The position numbers and the translations under genes are program-made. A stretch of 63,266 nt of DNA, counting the filler, from Choristocarpus tenellus KU-1152 (Eukaryota; Protista; Phaeophyceae): the NCBI GenBank assembly GCA_964200185.2. It is 14 parts of 14 records of this genome, joined end to end, with 100 filler letters (N's around TTAATTAATTAA, not from the genome) between each part and the next. Parts side by side here need not be neighbours in the genome. Positions count along the whole stretch, not along the records: positions 45,166 to 49,201 come from CAXNAD020016553.1; positions 49,302 to 52,278 come from CAXNAD020023214.1; positions 52,379 to 63,266 come from CAXNAD020002648.1; 11 more parts are not named here. One strand, 5' to 3'. Position 1 is the stretch's first letter; each line of letters begins with the position of its first letter. A model generated the notes under the pieces. The model saw nothing but the letters and a program-made list of their open reading frames with translations, was not told the DNA's origin and searched no databases. Shown here piece by piece: positions 48,511-63,266 of the stretch.

Positions 48511-49301
48511 GTAACCCGCCCGTACTCCAAAGATGTTACGGGATTTATAGACAGTTCAGGGATTGTGGTCACCCTGGTAGTAGAGTAGAAGGTATGGATA
48601 TTTCTAAAAGGGGGCATACCCGGGTCAGAAGAGAAGCTATAGGATCAAATTCTGAGAGACATTCCGAATGAGATCAATGGGGACTGCTATGTATCTACTC
48701 ATGGAAGGCAAACTGATGACTATCTCCACCAACATTCTAACCGAAATCAGAGGTTAGCCAATGGATAGGGCTAGATAATATCTATCTATGACAACGGTCT
48801 CTTTTTCTTTTTTTTTCCTTCTGCTCCATTTCTTCCATTGTCAACTGTCTCTTTTTCCGACGTTACCTATGGGTTTGAGAAAATCAAGTTTGTGTGTGAT
48901 TAGTGATAGCAATAAAATTTCAATTGCTTCGACATGGTTCCTTGTTCAATGAATAACTCATTTTCTTTTCTTGTAACCATGTGTTGGTTCCAAAAATGTT
49001 CAGAGAAACAAAACCGAGCTAGAAATGTGCAGCCTAATATGTACTTACGCGAGGTCATCACCCTCAAACATGCACATACATAAGTCAAAATACACACTCC
49101 CCTCCAGGGTCAAAGTATCTGGGGGGGGGGGGGGAAAGAACCCTACCAATGGTGAAAAATGAGCACCGAAAAAAGTATATGAAAGTTGCAAACAAAAGGG
49201 GNNNNNNNNNNNNNNNNNNNNNNNNNNNNNNNNNNNNNNNNNNNNTTAATTAATTAANNNNNNNNNNNNNNNNNNNNNNNNNNNNNNNNNNNNNNNNNNN
49301 N

Positions 49302-50840
49302 CCGTGGAGGAGGTCAGCGCCGGGGGCCCGGCAGACCATCAACGAGGGGGGGGCGGGGCAGGGGGCGGGGCCGGGGACGAGGCAGGCGGCGTTCATCCAT
49401 CATGGAATCGGTAACCCCTAAAGGTCCAAGCAATAAAGCAAAGGAGACAGGGCGGTGGCGAACACACCGAATGGTGGAGGATTTTGTGAACACATGTGGA
49501 AACATAATGAACCCAGCAATCACAGTTGGTCCCTTTGGATTTAGTCCATGCCAGGGGCGCTACCCGTTGGAACGACCAGCCACACTGGGAATGCTGAGGA
49601 CATCAGTGCGACGACCAACAGTGATTGAGAAGTGGAGCCCATTCCAGGTTGCTCTTTTTGAGGGTGCCATCAGTATCTATGGTAAGGTAAGAGAGCATCT
49701 GAGGGGATTGTGGTGAGCGCTGAGGGGCAGTCAATATGTGGACGGATTTGTGAGTGTTATGTGGTTTCAATTGGCCTGTGTTGTGCATCTTGTCAAGCAG
49801 TTTGGCTTATGGATGTAGGTTGGGGCTTCTCCACAAGGCAACGGTAATGCTGGTGTGGTAGGTGTGCACTGCTGCCCCCTCAGCATGTCCCAGGCATCCT
49901 CCAGTTATTCTGATGTTGCCCCCCTGCCCACTTTTCATTATATTTCCATCCAGTTAACCGAGCATATTTTTCAGATACCTACGAGTTCAGGTGTAGTGTG
50001 TGTGCAGTGGCCTAATGTACTGTACCCTCACCTCCACCACAACATCCAATCGGTTTACCTCACTCCACATTCCACAGATGTGACTGCTGCAGCACTTGTT
50101 GATTTGAAACCAAGAATATAGTTGAAGTGCAAGAAGGGGTTTTATGTTATTGTGTCTTGTAGATACATTTGTTGTGTCCCTTGTAATTATGCAGGGCAGG
50201 TGTTGTGTCCTTTGTTGCAGCTTGAAAAGAATTATGCGCTATCTAAATGTACTTTGAAAGTGGCTATTGTTTGCCTCTCGTACAAAATCTTATCCTTACT
50301 TATGATGCCTCCCCCCACCCACTCCATCGATCCCTTTTTGGACTATCACAACCTGTGGATAGTTGTCCACAGTCACCACTTATTGTGTGCTTTAAACTTA
50401 CAGAGGAACACAAGGCCGCATGTAGTCCTTAGTGATTCCAATAACGCTTGTAGAACTCCCCACACATTCGCGAACATTTGTGTAATACCAACTCCCACAA
50501 TCTCTAGGAGTTGACCACATGTGTCTCCAAGCTCTCACCCACCACCCCTCACATATTCATCTCTCCATTGACTGATATGATGAGCCACATGTGCTACTGT
50601 GCGAAAGTAACTCATTCGCTCTATCCTCCCCCCTCCTCACGGTTGATCATGTCGCAGAGGTTTCATAGAGTGGCGGATGCAGTTGAGGGTAAAACAGTCA
50701 AGGAGTGCATAGAGTTCTACTACATGTGGAAGAAGACAGGACACTACAAGAGATGGAAGACTGTGTATCAGGAGGAAATGGCCATTCTACACCCCCCAGA
50801 TGACCCGCCAGAAGATGATACAGCAGGTGTGATGTTTTGA
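49302..50840 (+). CDS. SANT/Myb-domain protein (MIER/ELM2-SANT-type SANT), last exons (..49686, 50658-50840)
   Basis: EKWSPFQVALFEGAISIYGK|RFHRVADAVEGKTVKECIEFYYMWKKT, with an upstream RGPGRP/RG-repeat segment. Phase-0 GT-AG intron. Confidence 0.85.
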
Positions 50841-52869
50841 CTAGCCAGGAAGGAGTTCATGTATATATATATGTTACATGTCTCAGTGGGGTAGGAATAT
50901 GTACAATTAGTTGCAAGTCCCCGAAGCTCATGAGTTGTGGAATGCACGACTCAACTGTTGGGAAGGTAATGGCTGAGTCAGTATCTCTTAAACCTAGAGG
51001 ATACTCGCCTTATTACCAAATTTCAACTCACACTTCTCAAAACTGTGTCACACATATTGTGGTATTGATGTTACTTTTTTCTTTTTGTCCATCGCATGTA
51101 GAGCTTTCAGTTAGTGTGTACCTCCCTCTCTCGGAAATCTCTGTGACCAAATTGGTTGTGCTCGGAACAGACTGCTTTAAAGATGTGGATGTATCACCAG
51201 TCAAGACAACTCTTCCCTGACCAACATCTATAAACCAATGCAAATCAGAGTCCGCAAATCCCCGTCCCCCTTCGCAGTTGTTAGTGTTGTTTGAACCCTA
51301 GAGGTGAGGTTGATACTGGGTGGAATAATAGATGTACCTTGATTGTGTCACACACTAGATTCTTGCTAGATTGTACCTTTTTATTTCTCACATTACTAGC
51401 CTGTGTTCCATGTTGATGGAGTGAAGTAGAGTGATTGGTAGGGACATTGCCTTGCCTCGTGGCAGTGTAGAGCAATGTTTTAAAAGGGGTTGCTGTTTAG
51501 TCAATGGTACAGTATATCTGCACAAGAAAATGTTGATAGTACCCGTCAATTTTTTGCTACTAGTATGCTGTTCCCAATATCTTTCTTTGCAGACTTCAGA
51601 AATTTCCTGGATTAGGTGGCAGCCCATCCCCCCAATAGGGACTTTTTTTCATTTACTAGGATAGAAATGTTTCATGTTGAGGAACCTGGGCGCTAGAATG
51701 GGATGTAACATCCATCCATTATACCATGAGATGTTCCCTTTGACACAACTGTGGCTTTCAAGACTGAAATTCTTGATCTATTGCTATCAACTTTAATTTA
51801 GTTTGCCTTATGGTTTGACACTCCCCATCTCGTTGTGTTTGAGAACCCCTTGCCAGACAAAGAGTACATACAAGTAGGCCCAGTAATTGAACCATGCATG
51901 AATATGCCTCTTGTTTAATTATCGCTTGTGCGCATCTCATTGAGTTAATCAATACCCATCCATGGACAAATGATGCTACTGCAAATTGATGACTTCGCTG
52001 TAGTGAACACGTCTCCACAGCAGATGGTTTGCCCCACACCTTCCTTGGGGCCATGATCATGAAGTTGCTTTGTAGTACCGCTTATCGCTCACAATTCCGC
52101 TGAGCCTGTTTATTAGTGCACAATCAATCGGCAGTCATGCTCCAAATATCTATTATGTGATGTCAGCTTTATGGCTTGAATTGCCTTTCTTAAAGAATGT
52201 TGTCATCCTTTTCCCCCATTGTTCGGCCATGTGTTCGCAGGTGGGAGGGGCAGCAGCAGCAGTGCAGGAGGCGGGGGGNNNNNNNNNNNNNNNNNNNNNN
52301 NNNNNNNNNNNNNNNNNNNNNNTTAATTAATTAANNNNNNNNNNNNNNNNNNNNNNNNNNNNNNNNNNNNNNNNNNNNGGGGGGGGGGGGGCGGGGGTAT
52401 AACTAGGGTCAGGTTAAAGGGTTAAGAAGACTGCAGGGGCAAATGAATACATCGTACTATGTCAAAAATGTGATAACAAAGCCCACCCTATCTTGAACTA
52501 CCCCCTTCCTCGAGGAGCTAGGTGTATGGGACCAAAACAGCAAGAGGGACACGTGATGAGGTGTGCTATCCAACACTGGGAATGCTTGTCTCCTCATGAT
52601 CGCAACAAATCATTGCCTTCCAGACGCCTTCCAGACACCTTCCAGACACCAGGACTGCTACTGTATAATGTCAGAATGCAGTTCTAACTCTTTGTTCTGG
52701 GATAGATTGTGGCGATGCTCATCACTTCTTAACATTAACAGGCTACATGGGGCCTCGGCAGACCAACAGATACAGGTGAGTGTGGGGCAACAACTCGCAG
52801 AAATTTAGTGATTAAAACATCAGACAAGAACTGGGTCTAGATTTGTAACCCTGGTCTCAACGTTCAACG

Positions 52870-53000
52870 CTAGGGTTACGTTTGATCGTTTGATTACTAA
52901 TTTGATTACTAATTTGATTACGTTTGATCATTTCATGACTAATTTGATTACGTTTGATCATTTGATTACTAATTTGATTACGTTTGATTACGTTTAATCA
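52870..53000. repeat. Minisatellite of TTTGATTAC(TAA/G) units
   Basis: tttgattactaa / tttgattacg repeated about 10 times with variants. Confidence 0.8.
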
Positions 53001-53397
53001 CACAATGAAAAACGAAACATTTCGGGGTCAGCTATTGGTCCATTACGTTAAATAAGGTCCTGAATCCTCTCATAATTACGTTAAGTTTAACCAAAAATGG
53101 TGCCGTAAAGATCCATTAGGACATTACACCGATCAGAAATGAAAACTGTAACCTGACGATACTTGGGTCCACGTATGCAGCATGCAGCATCTCCCACCTT
53201 CAAGAATAAATCAATTTGTCAAGGGCACTAGTAGAACACTGTTGAGGCATGGGCCACACCTACAAGCATGCACAGATCGGACCACACAGAGTCCATCCCT
53301 CAAGCTCCAGAGCTGTCATTCCTCATCACAATTTTTGCCCTTCAATGTGACAAAGTTTTCCTAAACATTCAGCGTCAATCTGAGTAATGAATGCACA

Positions 53398-53434
<37 letters not shown>

Positions 53435-53726
53435 CACACACACACACATTGACAGTAATAGCCTAGCAATTGCAATCACCATTTCAAAAATAAGAGGTGA
53501 CAACTTCTCCTCATATCGTGACAATCAACCAATCACGGAGTTTTTCAGACGAAACTACGGCATTGGGTGTATTCATGGACACCAACATGATCCTCCAGGC
53601 TACAGAGAGGGCTTTGAGTGTCCGTTGCTCCGACATTTGGTTTGGTGTTTCACTTCTCTGCCTGACTTCAAAAGCAAACGAAGCATTTGATAACAACAAT
53701 CAAACGGAAATGCCGCTTCCACTCAC

Positions 53727-57291
<3,565 letters not shown>

Positions 57292-57566
57292 CTTGGTATT
57301 CTACATTAAGTGTTTTGGTTGATGGGCGACTTCACTTTCTGTTAACACAACAAACATTGGGGACGGCGAGCGGAACTAATCACAAAGATTTTATGAGCGC
57401 GCGATTCAGAGAAATTCAAATCTGGGATCACACTCCCTCCAGTGTCCAAAAACACCGTGATCGAGTACCCGTCCTCGTCGTGTGTAGGGCAGCAGCAGGC
57501 TCATTACCTCTGCTTAGGTTTAAGGGATTAGACGATTTCTCTGCAAAGGTCAATAGTACTTCGTCA
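57292..57566. promoter_or_regulatory. Putative bidirectional promoter between DUS2 and RPA2 (275 bp ATG to ATG)
   Basis: Divergent start codons at 57291 (-) and 57567 (+), with a GCGCGCGA element at ~57397. Confidence 0.55.
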
Positions 57567-60500
57567 ATGTCTTACGGGGGTTTCGAGTATGGTGGTGTAG
57601 GTGGTGGCGGGATGGACGGAGGTGAGTAGAGAGGTTGGAAATACTGCAATATCGTAATAGTGAATACACTGTCACTGATGCTCTGACAAGAGGCAATCTT
57701 GATTCACTATTTAAGGTAGCACTTCAGACTCAAGACTGACCATAACTTAGTGGAGTTGTTTTCTGACGATGCTTTTGATGAATATGGAAGACCTTTGAAA
57801 TGCTGAGAAGTAATAGATATGAGGCAGGTTCAAAAGTGAGCACAAGATGTGCTCATTTCCCTGTCCTACTGTGAATTGCCTTTTTTCTTACTAAACAGAT
57901 ACATTATTCATATCCTCAGCTGTCGCAGGCGATTCCTCTTGTCGTCATGGGTTGTCTACGCTCACCTACACGACAATCATTTTCGATATGTACACCGTAG
58001 TGCTATGACGAGCTTCTATGGCAGTCATTATGATCCAATAAATATATCTTCAGTGCAAGTGTAAGATTGTGTAACGTGACCATCGCCCACGAAATTGCTT
58101 CCAATTCCTCTCCAGTAATTGAGGAGAATCTGCTATGTCCTCTTTGAGGACGTGCGTGCTTTATTGGCTACTTTTCAAAATACGATAGCCTGGCTACGAT
58201 AATTAACTCTCACCTTTCTCCTGTAGGGGGGGGTTTCGGGGTATCACAAGGCTATGGCAATTCTGGTGGTGGGTTCATGTCCGGCGATGTCGGGGGTATG
58301 GGTAGCCCACCTGGTGGAAGCGGGCAACGCCAGAATAAGCAATCCATTACCCCAGTCAATATCAAGCAGGTGCGGTTTCAACTCTTTCCTCTGTCCTGAT
58401 CCCACTTTTTCAATTTGTCTATTGCTGGCATAGCATACTGACGGAACTTTGATGAGACTTCCAGATAGGTGTTTGTTTCTCCCATGTCACCTCTCTATCG
58501 AGGCTTACTGAGAAGAGTAAACAGTTTCGAACCACCCGATTGGTTTCTGATGAGCTGTCAGATGAGACCTCTACGCGTCAAACATACTTTTGACTGAGTT
58601 GTTAGCTTTGAACCTGTCCGCCCCCTAAGACAAGATGGACCCTTTGTTTAATGTTTGCTCTAGATTTACACTGTATTCTACATGTGTGTCTTTATCATCT
58701 GTGTTCAGAACTTGTGCCACATACACCCCCCCCCTCCCCCACATTCCCATTTGGTGCTTGCACACTTTATGTGCAGGTGCTTGAGTCCGATATTGATCAG
58801 GAATCAAACCCCAAGATTGATGGCATCGAGATGCAGCAGGTGAGACCAGGAGGATTGAGGACAGATGGTGCAAATTTTGTCACTACCCTTGCTACCCAAG
58901 GTACATTGCAACAAGTGAATAAGAAATGCACATACTCACACACACACTGTGTTGGGTTGGTGTAGGGGAGGTGGAGGTAGTAAAGCTTTGGTCTGAGATG
59001 CAGTTATCACAATAGTTAGAGTTTGAGGTGCTTGCCAAAATATCAAGGGACTGTAACAGGTACCATATTTTGTTCCTTCTGTTTCTAACTCTGCCTTTGG
59101 TTCTGATAGTGATTTAGGTTGGAGCAACCAATGTCCGTGTGACTAGATGTTGTGTCTGCTTGGTTTCGAGTTGTGAAACTTCCCAAAGAACGCACCTGAA
59201 CGGATCATGGATACTACCTGTCCATCGAAGGGGGATCTGGAACATAGATGTCAAGGAGGGAGGTTTCGCAAATATCAGAGATGAACTCCACCTTGTGATT
59301 GTTTTTTTTGTGGCTGATCATCCCTGTTCCCACCCCAGGTTAAGCTAGTGTGCTGCATTGTAGAAATGGAAGAGCACTCCACAAACACTAAGTACACGGT
59401 GGAAGACACCACTGGGCGCCTGGAGGTGAGTCCTTTTTATGTTATGGAACATAATCAACCCTATTTCTCTGAGCAATGCTGTTATGTTAGCCCCCCACTC
59501 CCCTTACCTGCACCTCTTACTGTTTCCACTTGCTGTTTTTCATGTATTTATACCACTTCCTCTTGATAACGTTCTTCAATCCAATTTTCATGATGCCCAT
59601 GCCTCGTACGTTTTTTTCTTTTTTTTCTTGTTAGGTGAAAATTTTCCACAGTGATGGAGAGGGGGCCAATGACCGAAATGCTGAACGCCGAGCAAGGTGT
59701 CAGATAGGCACCTATGTACGGGTGTACGGAAACGTGAGTTAGTTGTAGTTGAATGACAATCATTGAGGGGGGTTGGGGGGGGTTAAGGATGGAGGGAGGT
59801 TTGTTATAATTCCCTGTTACATCTCAACCATAACTGACACTTCAGGGCACAAAACATCCCCATTTCGACAGGTAGATCAAGAGTAAATCTTAGAGGAGTG
59901 TTGGTTGTAGGTGTGAGACTCTTCCTGCTGAGTCTGAAAAGGATGATATTTTTCTCAGCTTTTGTGTTTAGCACAAACGATAGTGGAATCTAAGATTCGT
60001 GTAATGTGGTTGGTTCTTAACAGTCGGTTCTTAACAGTCGGTTCTTGAATGCTTGCTATGTTGCTACCCAATCAGCAACTGTTGATGCGAAGGGAGTACG
60101 TCTTGTGGTGTAGGCGTAGCCCTTTGTAACATCTCCTCTGACCCTCAACACTCTTAAGTATTTTATGTTGGCAACGTCCCTGTGTGATGAGCACTGGTTT
60201 GACTAGACCGCCATTCCTTGCTGACCCTGACCTATCACCACCGTCGCTAAAGGTGCGTTCATGGAAGGGTGACAGGCACTGTGTATCATATGATATGGAG
60301 CCGTTGACCGAATTCAATGAAATTACACATCACGCTCTGGAAACGATCTACACACACCTGTTCAATACCAAGGGGCCACTCCCAGGCTCCCTTGCAGGGT
60401 CGGGTGGTTCAAGTGGAGTGGGACAGCCTATGCATGTGGGTTGATTGCTATGAATACTATTGATACTGTTTATGCCATGCCCCCTTTCCCCTCATTCAAG

Positions 60501-60695
60501 CAATGTCTTTTTGGTGGTGCTTGAGTTAGTTATTGTTGAGTTAGTTATTGTTGCATAATATATAATATGTTCCGTTATGTGTGTGCACATGATGTTTGGT
60601 GTGTCGTGTTAAAAAAAAAAATGTTAAGCCAATCAAATTGTTTTGTGTGCACTCTGTGTGGAGTATTTTCTGCTTTATGACATGTCTGCACGTAC

Positions 60696-60726
<31 letters not shown>

Positions 60727-61490
60727 CATTCATTCACATAATGGTGTGAAAGGATGTGCTGTTGGAGGTGTGAATCCCTCGCCCTTTCCTTTTGTCAACA
60801 CTGTATCTTTAAAACTCAAACATGCTCACAAGTCCTGACTGATACTGAATATACATGTAAAGTGGGGAAGGGACTGAGATATAATAGAAAGAACACCAAC
60901 CCCGACTTGAAACTGCATTGCACTGTTCCTTGTTATTACCATTAGTGTGAGCACCCTCTGCTTGAAGTTCATACACCGTGTGCACCTGCTAGATGGGTGC
61001 AGCAGGTGGGTTCTTTGTCTGGTACTTCTTCAAGGTGCCATGTAGCAGTTCATGTCTGATTATTACCTCTCGGGGTGTTTGTGATCTCAATCTCTCTCTC
61101 TCTCTCTCTCTCTACCACTGTACCATAGTGCAGCGAGACATGGAAGCAGCAATACATTGCATGCAGTGTTATGCGGGCAGCTATGTTCTTGCAACATATG
61201 CGCCATGGTTACGTACTATCACACAGGCAGTAGGAGATGTGCACACAAGAAAGTGACTAGGTACAAGGTCTTTTTAAGCGCAGTATTATTAGGGTATGTA
61301 GTGGGAGAACCACAACGCCTGGCTGCTACTAGAGCGAAGACAATGCATAGGAGCCAAATGCTCTGACTGCTGTAAGCAAGGCAATAACTAGACAAGATGA
61401 CATTTTCTTTTGAAATTTACTGTCCTTCCTTGCGTCCTCTCTCACACAAACTGTCATAGGGGACACAATAAGCACTGCATGGTATTTACG

Positions 61491-61522
<32 letters not shown>

Positions 61523-62917
61523 TTAATAATAGTCTTTCACAGGAATATGATATTGAAAATTAAAAGCAGAAAATTTGCCATTTTTTTTTGTTTCCGGAAT
61601 GTAGCCCGGAAAGCACCGCTACTGTACCCCACTAATGAGAAAACGATCCATTTTTTTTTTTTTTTGTAACTTTTAAATAAAGTACACTGCAAAGGTTAGT
61701 TAGAAACATCCAAACCTCCTGCCTGTTGGTCTTCCAATAACCCACGAAACCAACAACATGCTAAGTGTTGTACTGTAGACGTACAACCAAGAAAGCCAGC
61801 AGACACATACCGAGACCAAAGAGTTATGTTAGCCGAGTTGAGTAGAGCTGGTTATGAGTCTGAGGAAGTTGCAGCCAACGGTTTTTTCATGGGAAGCACG
61901 TGCTGTTGATGCGAGCGCGTGGGTTGCCCTAAGAGCTGGTGCCCTTAAAATGTTTATGCTTGAGGCATGAAAAGTCTAGCAGGTGTGTGATATGCTGACC
62001 AGAGGGCGATGCTGATGTACTTGGGCTGATTAGAGCTGGCGTAGATTGCTTGAATGTTGGGTCTGTAGAAGGTGCTTCTGATGAAAAATTTGAGTTGCGT
62101 TTTTTTTATGATGTCGTTGATGGAGAGCAGACGCTCGAGGACAGGGAGTGGTGCTGGTGACCCACAGATGGCCATTACAGGCAGACAGGCAGAATCAATG
62201 TTTAAAATTTGATCCGCAGATCGATTTATTTTTTTTGTATTGTGCACAGACCTCCTTTTTGAGTTTGTATGGAAGGCTGTTTTGATTTGTTTGGCCAGTT
62301 AAGAGGGTCCTCAGACGAGGGCGATGTGACTGCCTGGGTAACTAAACTACCCTGTTGCGGTTGACATGTATGATACTTTGAACGACTCTGAGGTATGGGG
62401 GTCTATGTACTTCCTTTTTTGTAGTAGTAGTAGCAGAAGAAACATTTTGATGATATATATATTTTTTGTTTTCTATTTATTTACCCAGGTATTTAATTTA
62501 CAGAGATAGAAGGAAAGGGGGGCAATATGACAGTGATCGGATGTGCACCAGTTCGCACATCTGGCTGCAGTGCGATAGTACTGATTGTTTACGCCAATAG
62601 AATAGCACTGTGCGTCGCATTCAGCCAATAGGGTGCTTGCGTTGCCACCCCCCTGTTCCCCCCTTCTCTCACCAACACACTTGAACCCAAATCCCCATCT
62701 CATTATGCCCTTCCCAAACCTTAATGTGCACTGTACTATGCACTGTTACTTTTGATCTTTGTACTATTTATTGCATATATTGCAGCAAGTAGGGGGCATG
62801 AATTCACCAGGGTTTCAGCCCCATGGACAGCAGGGCTTCAGTAGCCCCCCCAACTTCAATCAGTATGGCGGTGGAGGAGACATGGGCGAAGGGGGGTTCA
62901 CAGTTATCCAGCAGAAG
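57567..62917 (+). CDS. RPA2: Replication protein A 32-kDa subunit (exons 57567-57621, 58227-58369, 58777-58839, 59339-59425, 59635-59733, 60253-60435, 62786-62917; winged-helix C-terminus beyond the window)
   Basis: Gly-rich N-terminus with GGGFMS, QSITPVNIKQ, OB fold VKLVCCI..YTVEDTTGRLEV..GTYVRVYGNVRSW, and TEFNEITHHALETIYTHL. All introns GT-AG with matching phases. Confidence 0.93.
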
Positions 62918-63266
62918 GTAGGACTCGGGTTAGGGCTGGGCTTGGGGTTATATTCTGTGTTTGAGTACTGGCTTTGACATGGTAACTGAGCCTTTTCATT
63001 GTGTAAGTGACGTAGGTTTGTGATTTGATTGCTCTGCCAGTGCTAGTGTAGGATATTCTTTGATGAACACTACATGACACTCTATCCCTCCATCTGGCGG
63101 TAGTCACAGCTGTGTCCCAAACAAATGTATATCTTTGATAAGTCTCTTGTCTGCTGTTTGTGTTTCCCTCCCCCCCCCCCCCCCCCCCCCCCCCTTTTTT
63201 GGGAAAGGTGGGGGGGGGGGGGCGGAGGTGGGGGGGTGCGGCCCCCATGTTTTTTTTTTTTTTGTT

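Overview
This is eukaryotic nuclear DNA, not a prokaryotic locus. It has GT-AG spliced genes, TTAGGG telomere-type repeats and LTR/non-LTR retroelement relics; the gene and TE content suggest a brown alga or related stramenopile (inference). The window is 14 unrelated short contigs joined by 13 artificial 100-bp linkers (44 N + TTAATTAATTAA + 44 N), so no gene neighbourhood can be inferred across linkers. Partial host genes reconstructed by hand from splice sites: a HugZ/HOZ-like DUF2470 protein, oligopeptidase A, a probable USP fragment, dynein light intermediate chain, an androglobin-like C-terminal region, a cyclin, an N-acylated ankyrin-repeat protein, a SANT-domain protein, and DUS2 head-to-head with RPA2. 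There is also one tRNA-Gly(TCC). Mobile DNA includes Ty3/Gypsy relics in three contigs, a Copia RT, a CRE-like non-LTR element, a LINE fragment, a Sola2-like transposase relic and a foldback element. The strongest unexplained signal is an unclassified ~260-bp MITE family with 8 copies (one nested in another), GAG..CTC ends, mostly 3-bp TSDs and an internal hairpin, plus a poly-G-bearing sister family found at five contig ends. Excising the nested MITE pair restores a ~164-aa intronless antisense ORF with bacterial YabB/TrmM-like methyltransferase motifs inside an intron. All protein family calls come from motif recognition by eye, not database searches.
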